A stretch of DNA of 36,043 nucleotides from Nanobdellota archaeon (GCA_051819785.1 JBNJGV010000006.1:1-36043), one strand, 5' to 3'. Shown: positions 17,722-27,324, counted from the stretch's first letter. A program made the numbers and translations. The notes: generated by a model from the letters alone, not told the origin.

Positions 17722-18933
17722 ATGATAAAAAAGAGTTTACTAAGTATATTGTTCATGATTTTGTGTTTTTCATCGTTAGGTTTAGCTGCAGATTGTTTTG
17801 AGCCGAAAGCAGGAGAAACAATTGATGAGAGTGTTACTCTTTGTAGTGGAGAGTTCCAGTTGGATGATGGTATGAAAATTACTAGCGATAATGTTGTTGT
17901 TAAATGTGATGATACCATTATAGAAGGTTATGATAATGAAGATGCTTTTAGTATTGTCGCTAGAGAAAACGTGACTATTAAGGGTTGTGAGATTGTGAAT
18001 TTCCAAATGGGGATTACTGTTATAAATTCAGATCTGGTTAAGATTTTGGATAACCTGATAAAGGAGAATAAGATTGGTCTGCTTTTTACAAATTCAAACC
18101 AAAATCTTGTAGAAGGTAATACTTTAGAAAAAAGCACTAACTTCGGTGTTTTTATAAAAAACAAAAGCAAGGTTAATTCTTTTAAGGATAATCGGTTTAC
18201 TGGTTCGGCTTTTAATATAGAAACAGCAGAAAAAGCTCCATATAATAACTATAATTCAAATGAATATGTAGAGTTGGATGGTCCAGGCGATTATACTACT
18301 GATTATGTTATAGATGAAGAAGTAACAGACGAAAATAATGACACAAATGAGGAGAGTATTAAAAGGGGTACCCAAACATTTGATGAGGATGAATTCTTTT
18401 TAGACCCTGAAGGAGATTTAAGTGACGATGATTTGATGAATCTTGTGTATGAAGCTAAAGGATTGAATTCAGGAGAGTTTATTGAAGAAGATATTGAAAA
18501 GATTGAAGCGACTATGGATAAGGTTAAAGAAACTGCAGAGAAAGTAAAAATTGATTATGATGAAAAAACAACCACTTTTATCAGGGAGTACGAAGCAAAT
18601 GAGGATGTAGAAAACTTGCAACTTTACGAGTATATTCCAAAAAGTATTGCAGAGAATGTGAGTATGATGGATATTTATACCCCTAATTATACTGTTTTGG
18701 TTGATGACCCTTTAATTATGTGGGAATACGAAGAAGTTAAAGCGGGACAAAAAGTTGAAGTTTCATACAAAGTCAATAAAGTGGTTAAGCGTGAAAAAAA
18801 ACCTGAGAATACAATTTGCCTTGATTGTACAAAAAAGAAGGCTGGGTATTCTTTTATAATTCCTTTGCTGCTTATTCCGGTTATTATTTTTGGCTTCATT
18901 GCATTCGACAAGATGCAGAGCAAAAACCAATAA
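17722..18933 (+). CDS. Secreted, membrane-anchored right-handed beta-helix (NosD/PbH1-repeat) surface protein
   Basis: Signal peptide; N/I/G-rich beta-helix repeats (NVTIKGCEIVNFQMGI...NNLVEGN-like); acidic linker; C-terminal TM helix. Confidence 0.78.
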   Translation: MIKKSLLSILFMILCFSSLGLAADCFEPKAGETIDESVTLCSGEFQLDDGMKITSDNVVVKCDDTIIEGYDNEDAFSIVARENVTIKGCEIVNFQMGITVINSDLVKILDNLIKENKIGLLFTNSNQNLVEGNTLEKSTNFGVFIKNKSKVNSFKDNRFTGSAFNIETAEKAPYNNYNSNEYVELDGPGDYTTDYVIDEEVTDENNDTNEESIKRGTQTFDEDEFFLDPEGDLSDDDLMNLVYEAKGLNSGEFIEEDIEKIEATMDKVKETAEKVKIDYDEKTTTFIREYEANEDVENLQLYEYIPKSIAENVSMMDIYTPNYTVLVDDPLIMWEYEEVKAGQKVEVSYKVNKVVKREKKPENTICLDCTKKKAGYSFIIPLLLIPVIIFGFIAFDKMQSKNQ

Positions 18934-19113
18934 AGTATTAGTTCGTATTTTTATTTTTTTGATATATTTTTTTAATTGTTCTTAACAATTGGGACAGACA
19001 TAAAAATAGATATTTTCATAGGTTTTATCTTTTAGAAGGGTTCTACAAACCTATTTTTTGTTATTTACTTAGTTTATTGCTCTAGAGAATTAAAGGCAGA
19101 TTACTTAAAAAAT

Positions 19114-19131
19114 TAATAATAATAATAATAA
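19114..19131. repeat. (TAA)6 microsatellite in a convergent intergenic region
   Basis: taa x6 immediately downstream of the minus-strand stop at 19135. Confidence 0.85.
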
Positions 19132-19134
19132 TTT

Positions 19135-20784
19135 TTATTTTCTAAATGGCCAAAGTTTTTTGGTAAAATCTTTAAGCCTATCAGAAAATGATAGAAATTC
19201 TTTTGAAAGATCATCATGAGTTGTTACTGATTTCATATTTTTAATCATTTCTGAGGCGCCCTGTGAAGGCATTACTGCCCCACTTGCTGGGGAATTTGTT
19301 CCTGATTTGGATTCCACGCTTAGCTCATTATTGTCTTCATTTTGGGACAAATCATTTTGATTGTTATTTAAATTACCTTCTTTATTTTTATCTATTTCAT
19401 CGTTTTCTGCAACACTTCCACTTGTATTATTCATGAAACTTGGTTTTTGATTGCTTTCGCTTTGCTTTTCACTTATCTCTTGGTTATTATTTGGTATTTC
19501 TTCTGCTTTTTGATTTTCTTGTGCTCCGATTGGATTACTGGGCAGTGGACTTGGATATTGATTGCTTCCAGCCTGATTACTGGCTTGTTTTTCTGTTACA
19601 GATTCAGTGTTGTTATTGCTATTCTCTTGTGTATTAACTGGGTTGCTTGGCATCAATCCTGCCATATCTTGGGCTTTTTGGTACTGATTGCTTTGACCTG
19701 TTTGCTGATTTTCGATTATTTCTTCTGTTTTATTATTATTACTACTATTATTTTCTTGTGCAGCTATTGGATTGCTTGGCATCAAACCCGCCATATTTTG
19801 GGTGTTTTCATTTTTATTGTTAATTTGGTCTTTTATTATAGGTTGTTGATTTTTGTTATCACTATTTTCTTGTCCAATTTTTGTATTATCTGGAATTGGA
19901 TTATTAGTGATTGTATTATTATTATTATTATTATTATCATTATTGTCAGTTTTATTCAAATCCTCTTTTGATTGCATTCCAACAGGCATTGGTGGCTTCG
20001 CCTCTTTTGATAAATCTTCAGTTTTGCCAAAATCGGGTAAAAAACTTTCATTATTGTTATCTTTGAGAGAATTATCTTGTTCGGTTTTTCCAGGATTTGC
20101 TTCTTTGTTTATTTCAGCTGCTGCAGGCATTGGTGGTGTACTTAGGCGGCCCGTTTCTTTATCAGTAGGGAAATCTATGCTTACATTATCATCATCTTTG
20201 ACTGAATCACTTGTATAATCTTTTTGATCATTTTCTTCGGGCAGTTCTTCTTTAGCTTCTTGAATTTGATTTACTTTATTTTCTTGCTCATTTTTCAATT
20301 CACTCATATTTGGGGCGTTAGGCATAGGTGCTTGTGAAGCGTTGGTATTTGTAGTATTCTCGCCAAATGAAATATCCTGATTATTATTATCATCATTAGG
20401 TTCTTTTTTTTCAATAATTTTATTATCCATATTACTCATCTCTTTTTGTTTTTGGAAGTTAAAGGAATTTATCTTGTTAATTACTTCACCCATGTGTACT
20501 CTTTTTTCTAGTTCATCAATCCTTTTTTTTACAATTTTTTTTGTCTCTTCTAAATCAGTGGTTTTTCTAAGTTCTTCTGCTAGAGTTTTGTCACCTACAG
20601 AGTTTTCTACCCATGTTGCATAATCATTTTTATCTTTATTAGCGTGATGGCCAAATATTTCTAAGTTAACTTTGCACAATCCATCATATAATTCGTGAAG
20701 ACTCCTTGCCTCATCTCCGCCTTTTGTTTTGAAAGATTTACTGGCATCTACATTTGCCAACTTTTTTTTTGACTCATCAAGCAT
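19135..20784 (-). CDS. DUF5752-like domain protein with a long N/Q/P/E-rich disordered repeat region and a C-terminal amphipathic helix
   Basis: N-terminus (ARSLHEL...IFGHHANKDKNDYATWVENSVGDKTLAEEL) is paralogous to 20797..21138; low-complexity remainder. Confidence 0.72.
   Translation of the reverse strand: MLDESKKKLANVDASKSFKTKGGDEARSLHELYDGLCKVNLEIFGHHANKDKNDYATWVENSVGDKTLAEELRKTTDLEETKKIVKKRIDELEKRVHMGEVINKINSFNFQKQKEMSNMDNKIIEKKEPNDDNNNQDISFGENTTNTNASQAPMPNAPNMSELKNEQENKVNQIQEAKEELPEENDQKDYTSDSVKDDDNVSIDFPTDKETGRLSTPPMPAAAEINKEANPGKTEQDNSLKDNNNESFLPDFGKTEDLSKEAKPPMPVGMQSKEDLNKTDNNDNNNNNNNTITNNPIPDNTKIGQENSDNKNQQPIIKDQINNKNENTQNMAGLMPSNPIAAQENNSSNNNKTEEIIENQQTGQSNQYQKAQDMAGLMPSNPVNTQENSNNNTESVTEKQASNQAGSNQYPSPLPSNPIGAQENQKAEEIPNNNQEISEKQSESNQKPSFMNNTSGSVAENDEIDKNKEGNLNNNQNDLSQNEDNNELSVESKSGTNSPASGAVMPSQGASEMIKNMKSVTTHDDLSKEFLSFSDRLKDFTKKLWPFRK
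19514..19802 (-). repeat. Three imperfect intragenic repeats encoding (Q.MAGL)MPSNP..AQEN
   Basis: QNMAGLMPSNPIAAQEN, QDMAGLMPSNPVNTQEN, PSPLPSNPIGAQEN; DNA copies ttgcttggcatcaa at about 19643 and 19772. Confidence 0.85.
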
Positions 20785-20796
20785 TTTACTATTCTC

Positions 20797-21138
20797 TTAT
20801 AACTTTTTCACAATAAATTTGAGGAGCTTAATCTGGAAATCAGTTCTTTGTTTAGTTTTCATTAATTCTTCAGCGAGGTCTTTTTCTTTGAGAACTTCTT
20901 TAACCCAACTTGAAAAATCATTTCTATCCTCAGATACATGGTAGGAAAACACTTCATCTCCCATTTCATCTACACTGAGTGCCAGTTCCTTTAAGCTTCC
21001 AATAACTTGTCCATTTGAGAGAACGAATCTTTTATCTTCAGGAACCCTTCTTTTTATTTTTGAAAGACCTGTCTTTTTAGTTGTTTTACTTTTATTTTCA
21101 GATTTGGCTTTACTAGCTTTAGTAACCATTATTTTCAC
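20797..21138 (-). CDS. Small DUF5752-like protein
   Basis: VPEDKRFVLSNG...SLKEL...VFSYHV...NDFSSWVKEVLKEKDLAEEL; lies directly after GH57; upstream SD GGGGTGA. Confidence 0.78.
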   Translation of the reverse strand: MKIMVTKASKAKSENKSKTTKKTGLSKIKRRVPEDKRFVLSNGQVIGSLKELALSVDEMGDEVFSYHVSEDRNDFSSWVKEVLKEKDLAEELMKTKQRTDFQIKLLKFIVKKL

Positions 21139-21189
21139 CCCTTTTTTGGAAATATTAATATTTACGAACTTATTAATATAAAAATATTA

Positions 21190-22440
21190 CTATTTTTTTA
21201 GCGAATTTACTACTTTGTGGGGACTTTCAGATATAGTGTAGCTTTTAGATGATGTCGCTTCTTCTTCTTCTTTGTTAATTCTTACAACAATATCATTAAG
21301 TATGTTCATGTAAGTAATAAATGCTTCATAAGGTGTGTTGTAGGGGTTGAAATAGTTGTGTACTTGACCATCAGAAAAACATTTAGTATCCATATAGTAA
21401 AAGTGATCACTGGTTGTAAGTCTTCTCCAATCTTTTAATAATCTTTTTTCTCCTGTAGCTTTAACAGAAGCTTCGAGCAGGAATATCTCTTTCATAGCAT
21501 TAGCTTGCATTGCATTACCTAACCACGCAGATGTGTCTCTTTCTTTATCTGCCCAAGAAACATATTCATGCATATCAATCTCGCCTTTAACCTCGTTTTT
21601 TTCAAAAGTTTCGCATGGTGTCAGAAACCTACCTCCCTTTTCAATAAAAACTTCCGGGAATTTTTTTAAAAATTCCATAATATTTGTTTCTTTTGTCTGG
21701 TGTTCTCCAAAAGTTTCATAATCCATGAATATATTTACTACTTGACCAGTTATTGCATTTAACCATCCTGTGTATTTTTCAGCTGTGAGGGGGAATTCCT
21801 TCCACTCTTTATCTGAAAATCTGAACGCTACATCATCACTTAGTTTATAGTTTCTTAGAAGGACTTTTAGTTTATCCGTACTTACACTCTTGTAAATATA
21901 ATCAGGACTCCTCCATCCAAGTATATGGTCGGCCCCTTCAGCCATTGCGCCTGAAAATCCCATATCTTGTATGAATTTAGCCATTTCATTATTGAATACC
22001 AGCTCAGTATTCCTGAATACTTTAGGAGTTAATCCGAATATTTTTTTAATTTTCTTTGTATGGAGCTCAACTTGCTCTTTGAATTCTTTTTTGCTATACA
22101 TATAGGATAATGAATGGTGATATGTTTCGGCCAAAAATTCAACACATCCAGTGTCTGCAAGTTCTTTGAAACTTTCAATGACTTCAGGAGAATATTTTTC
22201 AAGCTGCTCAATAACACTTCCTGTTAAAGAAAAAGTTACCTTAAAATTTTTATTATTTTTTTTAATCAAATCCAGGATTATTTTATTAGCAGGTAAATAA
22301 CAGTTCCTAGCGACCTTTTGACAAATCTTTTTATTCTCCTCAGTATTGAAGTAATCATGATTTTGATTGATGTCAAATACTTGGTATTTTCTTAATCTAA
22401 ACGGTTGATGAACTTGAAAATATAAACATACGTCTACCAA
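21190..22440 (-). CDS. Glycoside hydrolase family 57 (alpha-amylase-like)
   Basis: YFQVHQP, ETYHHSL, catalytic FRNTEL and FMDYETFGEHQ, SWAD.ERD.SAW, TSDHFYYM; TTG start with SD GGGGGA. Confidence 0.95.
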   Translation of the reverse strand: MVDVCLYFQVHQPFRLRKYQVFDINQNHDYFNTEENKKICQKVARNCYLPANKIILDLIKKNNKNFKVTFSLTGSVIEQLEKYSPEVIESFKELADTGCVEFLAETYHHSLSYMYSKKEFKEQVELHTKKIKKIFGLTPKVFRNTELVFNNEMAKFIQDMGFSGAMAEGADHILGWRSPDYIYKSVSTDKLKVLLRNYKLSDDVAFRFSDKEWKEFPLTAEKYTGWLNAITGQVVNIFMDYETFGEHQTKETNIMEFLKKFPEVFIEKGGRFLTPCETFEKNEVKGEIDMHEYVSWADKERDTSAWLGNAMQANAMKEIFLLEASVKATGEKRLLKDWRRLTTSDHFYYMDTKCFSDGQVHNYFNPYNTPYEAFITYMNILNDIVVRINKEEEEATSSKSYTISESPHKVVNSLKK

Positions 22441-22471
22441 TTAATATCCCCCTATATTTTTTAATTAACTT

Positions 22472-23806
22472 TTATGATAAGCTTTTATAGATTTCAACAC
22501 AGCGAGTTGCAGCACTATCCCAGTTTTGACTATGGGCTTCTTCATATCCTCCTTGAGTAATTGTTTTGTGCATTGTATTATAATTAAGTGCAGCTATTAT
22601 TAAATTACTTGTCATATTTATGTCCCAAAAATCTACTTTAAAGCAATTTTGTAGCACTTCTGAAACACCAGATGTTTTAGAAATTATACAAGGTGTGTTA
22701 TTTCTCATAGCTTCTAAAGGGGTTATACCAAATGGCTCGGAAACAGAAGGCATAACATATAAATTTGCCATTTTATATGCTTTATCAATTTCTTTACCTC
22801 TTAAAAAACCGGCAAATAAAAGATTTTTTGAAATCCCCATCTCGGCTGCTTTTTCTATTAGTGTGGTTTCCATATCTCCTCCTCCTGCCATTATAAATCT
22901 AACACTATTATCATATTCTACTACTTTCTTTGCTGCTTGCAGGAAGTACTCTGGTCCTTTTTGCATAGTCATTCTACCTAAATACAAAACTGTTTTTCCA
23001 GCTTTTTTGGCTTCTCTTTCACTTGTGCTTTTGTAATCATTGAACTCAACACCATTGTGAACAACATCTATCTTTTCTTCTGGCACTCCATAATTCTCAA
23101 CAACTTTTTGTTTTGTGAAATTGCTTACTGCTATAATTCTTTCTGCAGCGTGGAAACCTTCTCTTTCAATATCATAGACTTTTTGGCTGGGATTGCCACA
23201 TGTCCTGTCAAATTCAGTTGCGTGGATATGGACTATTAATGGTTTTCCTGTTTCTTCTTTTGCTTTTATGCCTGCTTTATAGGTCATCCAGTCATGAGCA
23301 TGTATAATATCATAGTCATCTACACTCGCAATTGTTTTTACCTTGTCAGCATATCTTTTTATTTCTTCATAAAGGTCTTGTCCATATAATGTTCCGTTAA
23401 CAGATTGGTTTGATTTTTCGAGATACTTAAATCTTGTGAGCTTCTCCTTGTAAGCTGTAGAATTAGTATATTCCCCAAGTAGAGAATTTATCGCCTTTAT
23501 CTTGAAATTTTTATTCTTTAGAAAGACATTATTTGCCATAATTATGTTAATATGGCTTGATTCAGGGTCAAAATTATCAAGGGCTTTTGGAAGAACGAAA
23601 GTTATTTCAAGATCGTGTTTGGTCATTGCTTTAGTGAGCCCATAACAGGCAGTGCCCAAACCCCCTGCATTAAAAGGCGGGAATTCCCATCCTAACATAA
23701 GTACTTTCATTTTTTGGCTGCCCTCTTTCTGATCACCTTTTTGACCAATTGACTTTAATGTTTGTGGCCTATTATTTAAAGTTTTTGAAAGCTTACCCTT
23801 GTCCAC
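22472..23806 (-). CDS. GT4 glycosyltransferase, glycogen/alpha-glucan synthase-like
   Basis: MLGWEFPPFNAGGLG, HAHDWMTY, HIHATEFDR, MPSVSEPFGITPLEA; adjacent to GH57. Start is GTG 23806 or ATG 23710. Confidence 0.9.
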   Translation of the reverse strand: MDKGKLSKTLNNRPQTLKSIGQKGDQKEGSQKMKVLMLGWEFPPFNAGGLGTACYGLTKAMTKHDLEITFVLPKALDNFDPESSHINIIMANNVFLKNKNFKIKAINSLLGEYTNSTAYKEKLTRFKYLEKSNQSVNGTLYGQDLYEEIKRYADKVKTIASVDDYDIIHAHDWMTYKAGIKAKEETGKPLIVHIHATEFDRTCGNPSQKVYDIEREGFHAAERIIAVSNFTKQKVVENYGVPEEKIDVVHNGVEFNDYKSTSEREAKKAGKTVLYLGRMTMQKGPEYFLQAAKKVVEYDNSVRFIMAGGGDMETTLIEKAAEMGISKNLLFAGFLRGKEIDKAYKMANLYVMPSVSEPFGITPLEAMRNNTPCIISKTSGVSEVLQNCFKVDFWDINMTSNLIIAALNYNTMHKTITQGGYEEAHSQNWDSAATRCVEIYKSLS

Positions 23807-23911
23807 ATAAGTATGTTATTTTATTACAAATTGAAACCTTTTTATATAAGTTTATTTCTCATATTGTCATGTTCATGACTTATTTTTTTAAAATAATAGG
23901 GAGGTGTTTAC

Positions 23912-24487
23912 ATGGCAGAGTATGATAACCAGGATAAAGCGATTATTAAGGAGTTAATAGTAAATCCACGTTTAAGTGATAACAAAGTTTCGAGAATTAC
24001 AGGTATACCTGTTAAAACTGTAAACAGGAAAAGGAAGAGGCTTGAGACTAATGGTGTGTTGAATTATTTTGTTCATGTAGAAAATGGTCCGGAAGGTACT
24101 GGTAAATTTGGTGCTAAAGCTCAATTTATGGTAATATTTAGACAAGGAATTACAAGGCAGAGTTTCTTTGAAAATCTAAATCGAGTTGGATTTTCTTACT
24201 TGGATATCAAGCATATTAAAACTGCAAATGTAGGTGAGTATGAAGGCCGGCTTGCTTTGATACTTCTTATTGAGTCAAGAGTGCAATCTGATTTATTAGA
24301 AGTATTTAATTCAGAGATATTTGTAAAGCTACAATCAATGTTGGGTCATGATTGTGTTTACAAAGTCAATGTTGTATATGTTCATACGGATTTAGTTAAT
24401 CTTCACAATTATATAAAGGGTTATAATATTTCTAATGGTAAGATTAAAGAGGATTGGCCTGCTGACAAAATATATACTTGGGAATAA
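23912..24487 (+). CDS. Lrp/AsnC-family HTH transcriptional regulator
   Basis: DKAIIKELIVNPRLSDNKVSRITGIPVKTVNRKRKRLE HTH; SD GGGAGGTG; divergent from the glucan operon. Confidence 0.82.
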   Translation: MAEYDNQDKAIIKELIVNPRLSDNKVSRITGIPVKTVNRKRKRLETNGVLNYFVHVENGPEGTGKFGAKAQFMVIFRQGITRQSFFENLNRVGFSYLDIKHIKTANVGEYEGRLALILLIESRVQSDLLEVFNSEIFVKLQSMLGHDCVYKVNVVYVHTDLVNLHNYIKGYNISNGKIKEDWPADKIYTWE

Positions 24488-24491
24488 TTTA

Positions 24492-24554
24492 TTATACTTT
24501 TCCAGGTATAATATTATATTTAAATACAATTATATTATACTCTGAAGAGTATAA
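24492..24554. promoter_or_regulatory. Two palindromic TTATAC-N8-GTATAA sites flanking a TATA box
   Basis: 24492-24511 TTATACTTTTCCAGGTATAA; 24535-24554 TTATACTCTGAAGAGTATAA; TTTAAATA at 24519-24526. Confidence 0.6.
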
Positions 24555-24653
24555 GTATTTTCTATAGAACCAAAACTTTTAAATAAGATATTAATCTAGG
24601 GAAATATAATTTTATATGTAAATAAATATAATAATATGGAATAAGGTATATTA

Positions 24654-25208
24654 ATGTTCGAAAGCGAGTTGGTTCAAAAAATAGTAAAGCTGTATGATTC
24701 TAATTTACTGAATCTTATGAGCATAAATGAAATTTCTAAAAAGTTGGGCAAAAAATATCCTTATATAAATAAAAAAGTTAGTGATTTGATTGAATGTGGG
24801 ATTCTAAAAAAAACAGTTATTGGGAGGAGCTATTTATGTTCATTGAACCTTGACAATGAAAAGACGGTACTTCTTTTAGCTTTGAATGAAATAAATAAAC
24901 AAGATCCAGACAGGAAAATTGTAAAAGATTTTATTTGTAATTATAATCTAGAATTATCAATTAATTCAGTAGTAAAGAATCAAGGAAAATTGATTTTTAT
25001 CCTTAACTCTCTTAGAGAGAGAAAGAAGATTGAGCGTTTTTTTGAAGGTTCTTTAGTGCTTGACAAAGGAGAATTTGTAGATATGCTTATTGAAGATCAT
25101 TCTCTTTTTAGTAATCATTGCGTTGTTTATGGATATGAGCGTTTTTTTGAATTAATAATCTTCGCAAGAGAGGAGCTTAAAAAAGTATATTCACCGATTA
25201 AATATTAG
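24654..25208 (+). CDS. Winged-helix DNA-binding protein with a possible degenerate nucleotidyltransferase-like C-domain
   Basis: SINEISKKLGKKYPYINKKVSDLIECGILKKTVIGRSYLCSLN wHTH; C-terminal EFVDML...NHCVVYGYERFFEL. Confidence 0.68.
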   Translation: MFESELVQKIVKLYDSNLLNLMSINEISKKLGKKYPYINKKVSDLIECGILKKTVIGRSYLCSLNLDNEKTVLLLALNEINKQDPDRKIVKDFICNYNLELSINSVVKNQGKLIFILNSLRERKKIERFFEGSLVLDKGEFVDMLIEDHSLFSNHCVVYGYERFFELIIFAREELKKVYSPIKY

Positions 25209-25214
25209 GTTAAA

Positions 25215-27266
25215 ATGGCAATAGGAAAAAAGATGTTTATGATTAGTTTATTTATCTTAATTTTAGTTTTTCCTATGGCTATTTGTAAAAATAGTCCTTA
25301 TGATTTGGTCATAAAAGCGAAATTTAGCGATAAAGATCTTAATGATGCAAATGTTACAATTAATGGTATTACAAAAAAAACAAATCTATATGGGAAAGCT
25401 AAATTTAAGAATATTGATGATGGTAATTATGAAGTAGCTGTTGAAAGGGAGGGTTATGATTCTGTTAGTAAAAATATAGATGTGGATGGACCTTCTAATT
25501 TTACAATTGAGCTTAAAAGGGATGATGTTGATAATAAGCAGAATTCAGCAAAGCTTAAAATTTTAAATGTAGAGAATGATTCTATAGTTAATGTTAACCC
25601 TTTGTCTGTTAGGTTTTCGGTTGATTCTGATGTTGCTGTTTCGTATTGCAGGCTTCTTATTCAAAAATCAGGTTTATCAGGATACAGGGCTTATGAAAAA
25701 CTTGATGATATTTCTCTTTCAAATAAGCATGAACTTACTGGTGAAATATCAAATGGTAGGCATATTGTTAAAATTATGTGTGAAGGTTCTTCTGGAATCT
25801 TTTACTCACCAAAGTATTACTTACATGGCGAGGGGATTTCTAATAAAAAAGTGGATAGTTCATCTAAAAAACAAGTATCCGGTCAGGATAAAGTAACTGA
25901 TGCTGGTTCATCTATTGATAAGGAATTTTCTGATTTTATTAAAAAAGCCAAAAATGCTAAAAAAAATATAAAAAATAGTGGGCTTAAGGAAACTGCAAGA
26001 ATTTTTGGTTTAATAGATAAAATTAATGAAAATATAAAGGATGTGGAAGCTTTGAAAATAAAAAGAAGGAATCTTGAAAATTTAGAAGTTTCACAATCAG
26101 ATTATAATTCTAAAAAAAGGGAAATTTCTAAAAAATTCAATTCAATTAAAAAATCAACACCATTAAGCATTGAAATTATTAAAAATAAGAAGATTATTGA
26201 TCCTGTGACAAAACAAGAAACCGAAGCGGCTGTAGAAAAGTATTTAGCTGTAAATGGCAAGGATGAAGCGGGGATTGGAACTCTAACAGAGGCAAGCAGA
26301 GATGTCCAGCAGGATATTTCTACTTATGGTGTTTTCAGGCATGCATTGGTAAATTATGCAGCTAATAATTCCAAGGTTTTTAGTATTATCCAAAAAGAAA
26401 ATAAAATTAACAAAAATCTCAGTAAGGGATTTTTTGTTGAGTCTATTCCTGAAGAGTTTGCTTCCTCTGTTGAAAAGATTAACTTTTTGAGCCACTATGA
26501 GCTTTTTAATGAAAGTTTTGTAAAATTTGAGCCGATGGCCAAAATAACTTATTATGTAAGGGGTAAAGTGGATTTTTCAGTGATGACAAAAGCTAAAACT
26601 GTCTTTGTTTTGCCTGAAGGAAATTCTGGGAATATGCTTACAGGCTTTAGCTTTGCTGGCGGATTAGAAAAAGCAAAGGGCAGTTTTATAGTTATATTTT
26701 TAGCAATTATAGGGCTTGTGGGTTCAACTTTAGTTGTAAAAAATGTGGATTATGGCAAAGTGAAAAATAGTTTTCCTAGTTTGAGCTTTGGTGCCAGAAA
26801 TATAGATAATAACAATAATTTTGTAGATTTACTCAATAATGCCTTGGGTTATTTGAAGGAAAACAGAGGAGCAGAAGCTGTTGAATTATATCCAAAAATT
26901 ATAAGAGGGTTTGATAATCTTGGTGAAAAAAGCAAAAACGAACTCCAGCCTATGGTATCTTATCTTAGTAGCATGGTTGATATACAGTATATTAATAAGT
27001 TGATTGATAAGGCATGTCGTGATATGGCAGAAGGCCAGTTTAATACATGTGGTGATTTATGCAAAGAAATAGAGGGTTGTTACTCAGAGTTACCGAATTA
27101 TTTTGCATATAGATTAAAAGACAAATATGAGTTCTACAAGTATCTTTTAAGTTTAAAGAATCAGCGCCAAAATGAAAAAGTTAGACAAGTTTATGAGCGT
27201 TTTTATAATGGTCATGTTAAGGAAGGACAGGTTGATGACAGGATATTTGGTCTAGAAACCATGTAA
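25215..27266 (+). CDS. Secreted/membrane-anchored surface protein with a PEGA/carboxypeptidase-regulatory-like beta domain and a cytoplasmic helical tail
   Basis: Signal peptide; ANVTING...TNLYG...GNYEVAVEREGY; coiled segment; TM helix IVIFLAIIGLVGSTLVV; helical C-terminus. Confidence 0.7.
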   Translation: MAIGKKMFMISLFILILVFPMAICKNSPYDLVIKAKFSDKDLNDANVTINGITKKTNLYGKAKFKNIDDGNYEVAVEREGYDSVSKNIDVDGPSNFTIELKRDDVDNKQNSAKLKILNVENDSIVNVNPLSVRFSVDSDVAVSYCRLLIQKSGLSGYRAYEKLDDISLSNKHELTGEISNGRHIVKIMCEGSSGIFYSPKYYLHGEGISNKKVDSSSKKQVSGQDKVTDAGSSIDKEFSDFIKKAKNAKKNIKNSGLKETARIFGLIDKINENIKDVEALKIKRRNLENLEVSQSDYNSKKREISKKFNSIKKSTPLSIEIIKNKKIIDPVTKQETEAAVEKYLAVNGKDEAGIGTLTEASRDVQQDISTYGVFRHALVNYAANNSKVFSIIQKENKINKNLSKGFFVESIPEEFASSVEKINFLSHYELFNESFVKFEPMAKITYYVRGKVDFSVMTKAKTVFVLPEGNSGNMLTGFSFAGGLEKAKGSFIVIFLAIIGLVGSTLVVKNVDYGKVKNSFPSLSFGARNIDNNNNFVDLLNNALGYLKENRGAEAVELYPKIIRGFDNLGEKSKNELQPMVSYLSSMVDIQYINKLIDKACRDMAEGQFNTCGDLCKEIEGCYSELPNYFAYRLKDKYEFYKYLLSLKNQRQNEKVRQVYERFYNGHVKEGQVDDRIFGLETM

Positions 27267-27324
27267 TAACTACTTATTAATACTGAACAATATATTTAAA
27301 TAAATAAACGCACAGGTTAAACAA

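Noticed and set aside
19514-19802. Possible CRISPR-like repeats
   Set aside because: The repeats are degenerate, in frame and protein-coding, with 108-129 nt periodicity; no cas genes are present
24599-24623. dif-like arms (..ATATAA / TTATATGTAAA), with a similar string near 31844-31865
   Set aside because: The spacer is not the 6 bp required for a Xer dif site; better explained as AT-rich BRE/TATA-like sequence
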